A stretch of DNA of 64,000 bases from Gammaproteobacteria bacterium. Lineage in GTDB: Bacteria; Pseudomonadota; Gammaproteobacteria; DSM-19610. The stretch's first letter is position 1. Every line of letters begins with the position of its first letter. The stretch covers positions 5,889-69,888 of the forward strand of contig JASFKW010000003.1 of assembly GCA_050118435.1 (NCBI GenBank), read 5' to 3'. Under the pieces are notes generated by a model. The model was not told the DNA's origin. It ran no database searches and saw only the letters and a program-made list of their open reading frames with translations. Below, piece after piece: positions 58,566-64,000 of this stretch. Position numbers and translations under genes: made by a program.

Positions 58566-60641
58566 TCAATTCTGAAGACGGGAAAGGTCGGCGACCCGCA
58601 GAAACAGGTTGCCCAGATTCTGTAACAAGGCGAGCCGGTTGTCGCGCAGGCCTTCGTCGTCGACCATCACCATCACGTTGTCAAAAAAGGCGTCCACCGG
58701 GTCCTTGAGACCGGCCAGCTGTATCAGCGCCCGGGTGTAATCGCCGGCTTCCATCAGGGGCGCCACGGTCGCGCTCATGTGTGCCAGCCGTTCCGCCAGC
58801 TGCTTTTCGGCGGCGTCCGCCAGCCGGCGGGGATCCACCGTGCCGGGGACGGGCCGGTTCCACTTCTTCAGGATGTTGCTGATGCGCTTGTTGGCGGCGG
58901 CCAGGCTCGCGGCCTCGGGCAGGTCGCGGAATACCCGACAGGCCTGAATGCGCCGCTCGACGTCCAGCGGTCGGGTGGGTCGCGTGGTCAGCACCGCCTC
59001 GACGAGGTCGGCCTCGACGCCAGCCTCCTGATAGTAGCCCCGCAGACGTTCCACGACATAGTCGAGCACCGTCGGGATCACCGCCTGTGCGTTGACTCCG
59101 GTTTCGAATGTGTCGGCGGCAGCCTCCAGGGCGCGCTCCAGATCCAGGTCCAGTCGTCGCTCGATGCAGATGCGCACCGTCCCCAGGGCCGCACGCCTCA
59201 GGGCGAAGGGATCCTTGTCACCGCTGGGTTGCTGCCCGATGGCGAAAATGCCCACCAGACTGTCGAGGCGGTCCGCCAGGGCCAACGCCTGACCCGCCGG
59301 CGTCACCGGCAACGCGTCACCGGCAAAGCGCGGCAGATAGTGCTCCCTGATCGCCTCGGCCACCGCCGGTGGCTCACCGTCGTGAAGCGCGTAATAGCGG
59401 CCCATGACGCCCTGGAGCTCCGGAAACTCGAAGACCATGCTGGTCAGCAGGTCGCACTTGCACAACAGCGCCGCCCGCCGGGCGTGATCCCGATCGCCAT
59501 CGATCGCGTCGGCGATGGTCCCGGCCAGCACCGCGACCCGCTGCTGCTTGTCGAACAGTGTTCCCAGGCGCTTCTCGAACACCATGTGGCGCAGACCTTC
59601 GCTGCGCTGCTCCAGGGTCTGCTTGCGGTCCTGGTTCCAGAAGAAGGCGGCATCGGCGAGGCGCGGGCGAATGACCCGCTCATTACCGGCCCGGATCTGA
59701 GCCGGGTCCTTGCTCACGAGGTTGGCCACGGTGATGAAATGGGGCAGCAGCCTTCCCTCTTTGTCGACCACCGGAAAGTACTTCTGATGATCCTGCATGC
59801 TGGAGATCAGCGCCTCCGGCGGAACCTCGAGAAAGCCCTCGTCGAAGCGGCCCGACAGCGCCACCGGCCATTCGACGAGCGCGGTGACTTCGTCGAGAAG
59901 CGCCTCATCGATCAGTGCGCGACCATCCAGCAGCTTCGCCTGCTCCATGACCTGGGCGCGCACGGCCTCGCGGCGTGTCGCGTAGTCGGCGAGCACCTGG
60001 CCTTCGGTCTCGAGCAGCGGCAGGTAGGCCTGGGGCTCTGCGAGGAAGATGGGCTCGGGGTGGTGGAAGCGATGGCCGCGCGTATAGCGATCCGCCGTGA
60101 TGCCGAGGATCTCCGCGCGAATCACCTCGTCACCAAACAGCAGGACCACCCAGTGCACGGGCCGAACGAATTCGTCCGTGCGCTCACCCCAGCGCATGCG
60201 CTTGGGGATGGGCAGGGCGGCGAGCGCCTTGCGAACCACGTCCGGGATCAGCTCTGCGGTGATCTGGCCCCGCTGGACGGCGCGAAACGCCAGCCAGCTT
60301 CCGCGCTCGGTTTCGAGCTGGTCCAGCTGCTCGACCGCGACGCCGCAGGATCGCGCAAAGCCGCTCGCGGCCTTCGTGGGGTTGCCCTCCTCGTCGAAAG
60401 CCGCGCTCAGCGCGGGGCCGCGACGCACCGTCTCCCGATCCGGCTGCGCCGTCGGAAGTTCCCTGACCAGCAGCGCGAGTCGCCGCGGCGTCGCGTAGGC
60501 AACCGCGGGCGACGGCTCGAGCCCTGCGGCTTCCAGGCCCGCACTCACCGCGTCGGCGAAGGCGAGCGACAGGGTGCGCAGCGCCTTGGGTGGCAGCTCC
60601 TCGGTGCCGATCTCGATCAGCAGATCACGGCGCTCGCTCAT
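58566..60641 (-). CDS. glyS: glycine--tRNA ligase beta subunit
   Basis: 691 aa. N-terminus [13 protein letters not shown]. Overlaps the glyQ stop by 4 nt. Confidence 0.95.
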   Translation of the reverse strand: MSERRDLLIEIGTEELPPKALRTLSLAFADAVSAGLEAAGLEPSPAVAYATPRRLALLVRELPTAQPDRETVRRGPALSAAFDEEGNPTKAASGFARSCGVAVEQLDQLETERGSWLAFRAVQRGQITAELIPDVVRKALAALPIPKRMRWGERTDEFVRPVHWVVLLFGDEVIRAEILGITADRYTRGHRFHHPEPIFLAEPQAYLPLLETEGQVLADYATRREAVRAQVMEQAKLLDGRALIDEALLDEVTALVEWPVALSGRFDEGFLEVPPEALISSMQDHQKYFPVVDKEGRLLPHFITVANLVSKDPAQIRAGNERVIRPRLADAAFFWNQDRKQTLEQRSEGLRHMVFEKRLGTLFDKQQRVAVLAGTIADAIDGDRDHARRAALLCKCDLLTSMVFEFPELQGVMGRYYALHDGEPPAVAEAIREHYLPRFAGDALPVTPAGQALALADRLDSLVGIFAIGQQPSGDKDPFALRRAALGTVRICIERRLDLDLERALEAAADTFETGVNAQAVIPTVLDYVVERLRGYYQEAGVEADLVEAVLTTRPTRPLDVERRIQACRVFRDLPEAASLAAANKRISNILKKWNRPVPGTVDPRRLADAAEKQLAERLAHMSATVAPLMEAGDYTRALIQLAGLKDPVDAFFDNVMVMVDDEGLRDNRLALLQNLGNLFLRVADLSRLQN

Positions 60642-61558
60642 GCTTGTACCCCCTGTCGCAGCATGGGGAAATTCAGCGACTCGCGTCTGGCGTAGTAGGC
60701 CTGTGCCACGGCACGCGCCAGCGCCCGCACGCGCAGAATGTAGCGCTGGCGCTCGGTGACCGAAAGGGCGCTGCGCGCATCCAGCAGGTTGAAGGTGTGC
60801 GAAGCCTTGAGCAGCAGCTCGTAGGCGGGCAGGGGCAGATTCGCGTCGATCAGCGCCTGGCTGTCCCTTTCACAGACGTCGAACCAGCGGAAAAGCTCGG
60901 CGGTGTTGGCGTGCTCGAAGTTGAACGCCGACATCTCGACCTCATTCTGATGAAACACGTCCCCGTAGCGGACCTTGCCGTACGGCCCCTCGGTCCAGAT
61001 CAGGTCGAACACGCTTTCCACGCCCTGCAGGTACATGGCGATGCGTTCCAGGCCGTAGGTGATCTCGCCGCTCACGGGTCTGCAGTCCAGGCCGCCCACC
61101 TGCTGGAAGTAGGTGAACTGTGTCACCTCCATGCCGTTGAGCCAAACCTCCCAGCCCAGGCCCCAGGCCCCCAGCGTGGGCGACTCCCAGTTGTCCTCGA
61201 CGAAGCGGATGTCGTGTATCAGCGGATCGATCCCGAGCTCTTTGAGGGACCCGAGATAGAGCTCCTGGATGTCATCGGGGCTGGGTTTGAGCAACACCTG
61301 GAACTGGTAATAGTGCTGGAGGCGATTCGGGTTCTCGCCGTAGCGGCCGTCGGTGGGACGCCGTGAAGGCTGGACGTAGGCGGTGCGCCAGGGCTCGGGA
61401 CCCACGGCGCGCAGGAACGTGGCCGGATGGAAGGTGCCGGCGCCGACCTCCATATCATAGGGCTGCAGCAGCACGCAGCCGTGGCGGGCCCAGTATTCCT
61501 GCAGGGCGAGGATCAGGTCCTGAAAGGTGGTGAAGCGGGTCGATGCGCTGAAAATCAA
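60638..61558 (-). CDS. glyQ: glycine--tRNA ligase alpha subunit
   Basis: [35 protein letters not shown]. Apparent TTG start (no in-frame ATG nearby). Confidence 0.95.
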   Translation of the reverse strand: MIFSASTRFTTFQDLILALQEYWARHGCVLLQPYDMEVGAGTFHPATFLRAVGPEPWRTAYVQPSRRPTDGRYGENPNRLQHYYQFQVLLKPSPDDIQELYLGSLKELGIDPLIHDIRFVEDNWESPTLGAWGLGWEVWLNGMEVTQFTYFQQVGGLDCRPVSGEITYGLERIAMYLQGVESVFDLIWTEGPYGKVRYGDVFHQNEVEMSAFNFEHANTAELFRWFDVCERDSQALIDANLPLPAYELLLKASHTFNLLDARSALSVTERQRYILRVRALARAVAQAYYARRESLNFPMLRQGVQA

Positions 61559-61658
61559 GATGAGCCTGCTGACTGTTGGTCGATTCGAAGTCGCGCAGTA
61601 TAGCCCGAGCCGGGCACGGGATGTAGGCCAGCGGCCGGAAATGCGAGCGGGCTGAATG

Positions 61659-61850
61659 GGCTACACTTACCCGATCCCCCGGCGGCCGTCGTTATGCTGC
61701 ATGGCCGCGCCCCTGTGCGGGTCCGAGTGTAAGCCGCGATGCCGCCCGCAGATCGAAGCCATGCAAGAAGGCACCGAGCCGGAAGCGCGGGGGCCGCCCC
61801 GGGCGGCACCGTGACTTGCAGGCCCGCCCCTGCCTTGCATAGGCTACACT
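61659..61850. repeat. intergenic palindromic element related to the left end of the 23150 MITE
   Basis: Shares ACACTTACCCGATC (61663..61676 = 23159..23172), then CGGCGGCC and TGCTGCA-GGC in the same order. Bounded by direct GGCTACACT copies (61659..61667, 61842..61850). The first ~77 nt fold back (61659..61735). Confidence 0.35.
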
Positions 61851-61880
61851 ACGTCTTTTGAGTTACCGCTGGCGCACTAC

Positions 61881-62930
61881 ATGACGATGGACCAAGCTCG
61901 CAAAGCCGTCGCGCTGATATCCGGAGGGCTGGATTCCCTGCTCGCGGCCAGAGTCATTCAGGATCAGGGCATCCACGTCGAAGGCATCAACTTCTACACG
62001 GGTTTCTGTGTGGAAGGCCATACGCACGCCATCCGGAAGAAGGACCGCGCGAAACCCAAGCGCAACAATGCCCTGTGGGTCGCCGAGCAGCTCGGCATCC
62101 GGCTGCACATCATCGATATCATCGAGGAATACAAGGACGTGGTGCTCAACCCGAGACACGGCTACGGCGCCAATCTCAACCCTTGTCTCGACTGCAAGAT
62201 CTTCATGGTGCAGAAGGCAAAGCAGTGGATCGAGCAGCAGGGCTTCGATTTCATCATCACCGGCGAGGTCGTCGGCCAGCGCCCCAAGTCCCAGCGCAAG
62301 CACACCATGCCGCTGGTCGCCAGGGAGTCGGGTGCAGATGACCGTCTGCTCAGACCCTTGTGCGCAAAGAACCTGCCGCCGACCCTGCCGGAACGCGAGG
62401 GGTGGGTGGATCGCGACAAGCTCCACGACTTCGGCGGCCGCACCCGCAAGCCGCAAATGGCGCTGGCCGCCCGCTACGGGTTCGCGGACTATGCGCAGCC
62501 CGCCGGCGGCTGCTGTTTTCTCACCGATGCGCAGTATTCGCACAAGCTGGCCGACCTCTGGAAAGCCCGCGGCGAGCGCCGCTACGAGCTCGACGATATC
62601 ATGCTGCTGAAGGTGGGGCGTCATCTGCGACCACGCCGGCATTTCAAGCTGATCATCGGACGCGAGGAAGGCGAGAATCGGTTCCTGCACGGCTATCGCA
62701 AGCAGTTCACGCACCTGCTTCCGGTGAGCCACAACGGGCCGCTGGTGCTGATCGACGGCGACGTCGACGCGGATGACCTGACGCTGGCGGCGCGGCTCAC
62801 GGCGCGCTTCAGTCAGGGACGGGAAGCCGAGCAGGTGGAGGTGGCCATCCACACCCGGGACGGGACTCACCGCACCCTCCAGGTGCATCCGCTGGCGCGC
62901 GACGAAATTCCGCAGGAGTGGTATCTGTGA
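61881..62930 (+). CDS. PP-loop ATP pyrophosphatase of the MnmA/ThiI-like thiolation family
   Basis: PP-loop ALISGGLDS. Cys motifs NPCLDCKIF and PAGGCCFL resemble the two catalytic Cys regions of MnmA. The distinct C-terminal ~120 aa are unassigned. Confidence 0.7.
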   Translation: MTMDQARKAVALISGGLDSLLAARVIQDQGIHVEGINFYTGFCVEGHTHAIRKKDRAKPKRNNALWVAEQLGIRLHIIDIIEEYKDVVLNPRHGYGANLNPCLDCKIFMVQKAKQWIEQQGFDFIITGEVVGQRPKSQRKHTMPLVARESGADDRLLRPLCAKNLPPTLPEREGWVDRDKLHDFGGRTRKPQMALAARYGFADYAQPAGGCCFLTDAQYSHKLADLWKARGERRYELDDIMLLKVGRHLRPRRHFKLIIGREEGENRFLHGYRKQFTHLLPVSHNGPLVLIDGDVDADDLTLAARLTARFSQGREAEQVEVAIHTRDGTHRTLQVHPLARDEIPQEWYL

Positions 62931-63151
62931 CAAGCCATCAACTGGATGCGCGGCGCATGCTGTGTCCCATGCCGGTGATTTGCACCCAGGCGAAAGTGCA
63001 GCAGCTCCGGCCCGGAGACACCCTGGCGGTCCTGTGCACCGATCCGGGCGTTGTCCACGACATCCCCGCGTGGTGCCGTGTCAACGGGCACGAAGTACTG
63101 GACATACACACCCGGGACGACGAGATAACCATCAGCATCCGCGTGGGCTAG
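62927..63151 (+). CDS. TusA-family sulfurtransferase
   Basis: GTG 62927 overlapping the upstream stop (GTGA). The track start 62918 is also possible. CPMP active-site motif in LDARRMLCPMPVI. Confidence 0.75.
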   Translation: MTSHQLDARRMLCPMPVICTQAKVQQLRPGDTLAVLCTDPGVVHDIPAWCRVNGHEVLDIHTRDDEITISIRVG

Positions 63152-63153
63152 CC

Positions 63154-64000
63154 ATGGCAAGCACCGCGCCGCAGCAGGCGCTCGCACCGCGTTATCGGGA
63201 AGTTCGCAGGGTCACCCTGGTCGGCTCCCTGGTCGACCTGTTGCTCGGGGTGACCAAGATCATCGTCGGCTGGCTCGCGCACTCGCAGGCGCTGCTCGCC
63301 GACGGAATTCATTCGCTGTCGGATCTCGGCACCGACGCCATCGTTCTCTACGCCGCCAAACACTCCCACCGGGAAGCCGACGACGATCATCCCTACGGGC
63401 ATGGCCGGATCGAAACGCTGGCCACCGTCGGCCTGGGCATGACGCTCATCGTTATCGCCTTCGGTATCGCCTATGACGCGGTACGGCGCATGAACGCGCC
63501 GGAGCTGCTGGTCGAACCCGGTATCGTCGCCCTCGGCGTGGCTATCCTGTCGGTGCTGTCCAAGGAGGGAATCTATCAGTACAGCATGCGTGCTGCACGC
63601 CGGCTGCGCTCCAATATGCTGATGGCAAACGCCTGGCACAGCCGCAGCGATGCGATTTCCTCCATCGTGGTTGTGATCGGCGTGGCCGGCGCCATGGTCG
63701 GTTACCCGTACCTGGACTCGGTTGCGGCGATCGCCGTCGCGGTGATGATCGCGAAGATCGCTTTCGACCTGGTGCGGTCGAGCACCCGGGAGCTGATCGA
63801 CACCGCGCTGGATCCGGAGACCGTGGACCTGATGCGCAAGGAAATCCTTGCCGTGGACGGTGTACGCGCTCTGCACATGCTGCGCACGCGCAGCAGCGGC
63901 GGTCAGGCATTCGTGGATGTCCACATCCAGGTGGATCCAAGGGTGAGCGTCTCCGAGGGTCACCAGATCGGCGATCTGGTGCGCCGCCGGCTGCTGGAGC
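63154..64000 (+). CDS. cation diffusion facilitator (CDF) family metal efflux transporter; 3' end outside the window
   Basis: Not in the track (no stop within the window). My manual translation from ATG 63154 is MASTAPQQALAPRYREVRRVTLVGSLVDLLLGVTKIIVGWLAHSQALLADGIHSLSDLGTD...DDDHPYGHGRIE...NAWHSRSDA. The minus-strand track ORF 63148..63963 is its antisense shadow. Confidence 0.8.
   Translation, partial: MASTAPQQALAPRYREVRRVTLVGSLVDLLLGVTKIIVGWLAHSQALLADGIHSLSDLGTDAIVLYAAKHSHREADDDHPYGHGRIETLATVGLGMTLIVIAFGIAYDAVRRMNAPELLVEPGIVALGVAILSVLSKEGIYQYSMRAARRLRSNMLMANAWHSRSDAISSIVVVIGVAGAMVGYPYLDSVAAIAVAVMIAKIAFDLVRSSTRELIDTALDPETVDLMRKEILAVDGVRALHMLRTRSSGGQAFVDVHIQVDPRVSVSEGHQIGDLVRRRLLE

Overview
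This window is an origin-proximal segment of a high-GC chromosome with a Pseudomonas-like (gammaproteobacterial) gene order.

**Core content, left to right:**
- an EEP-family gene, an ALS-family ThDP enzyme, dsbA, cytochrome c4, engB, polA
- a LOG-family gene, a TRAP transporter, a PAS-GGDEF-EAL sensor, nhaA, uvrD, rsmJ, ycgN, yaiI, an FAH-family gene
- glmS-glmU, an FKBP isomerase, the full atpIBEFHAGDC operon, parB-parA-rsmG-mnmG
- mnmE-yidC-yidD-rnpA-rpmH, all on the minus strand
- a strand switch to dnaA-dnaN-recF-gyrB on the plus strand
- plsC, a MazG-like gene, glyS-glyQ, and a PP-loop/TusA/CDF trio

I saw no rRNA, tRNA, CRISPR array, transposase, integrase or phage genes. Many long ORFs in the track are antisense shadows typical of high-GC DNA and were not called.

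**Items beyond the core:**
1. A sigma-E-type promoter plus an intrinsic terminator bound a ~125-nt non-coding transcript in the polA-engB gap. This is the Spot 42/ErsA position.
2. A 263-bp MITE-like element has 29-bp terminal inverted repeats and a CTAG target duplication. It sits exactly on the stop codon of an unknown 285-aa gene. A related palindromic element lies upstream of the PP-loop gene.
3. Three genes I cannot assign (92, 60 and 285 aa) lie downstream of glmS, which is classic attTn7 territory. A DUF2007/DxDxDG-repeat membrane protein follows them.
4. About 6 kb of accessory DNA sits between mnmE and mnmG. It carries an ArsR-rhodanese regulator with a palindromic operator, a di-iron hydroxylase, a TVP38-rhodanese fusion, a pentaheme cytochrome c, a decayed FAD-oxidase fragment and a glycosyltransferase.
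5. DnaA boxes and an AT-rich stretch in the dnaA-dnaN spacer suggest oriC lies there. Two parS-like palindromes lie inside recF.

All functional calls rest on motifs I recognise by eye and on remembered synteny. No database search was run, and start codons are best guesses.
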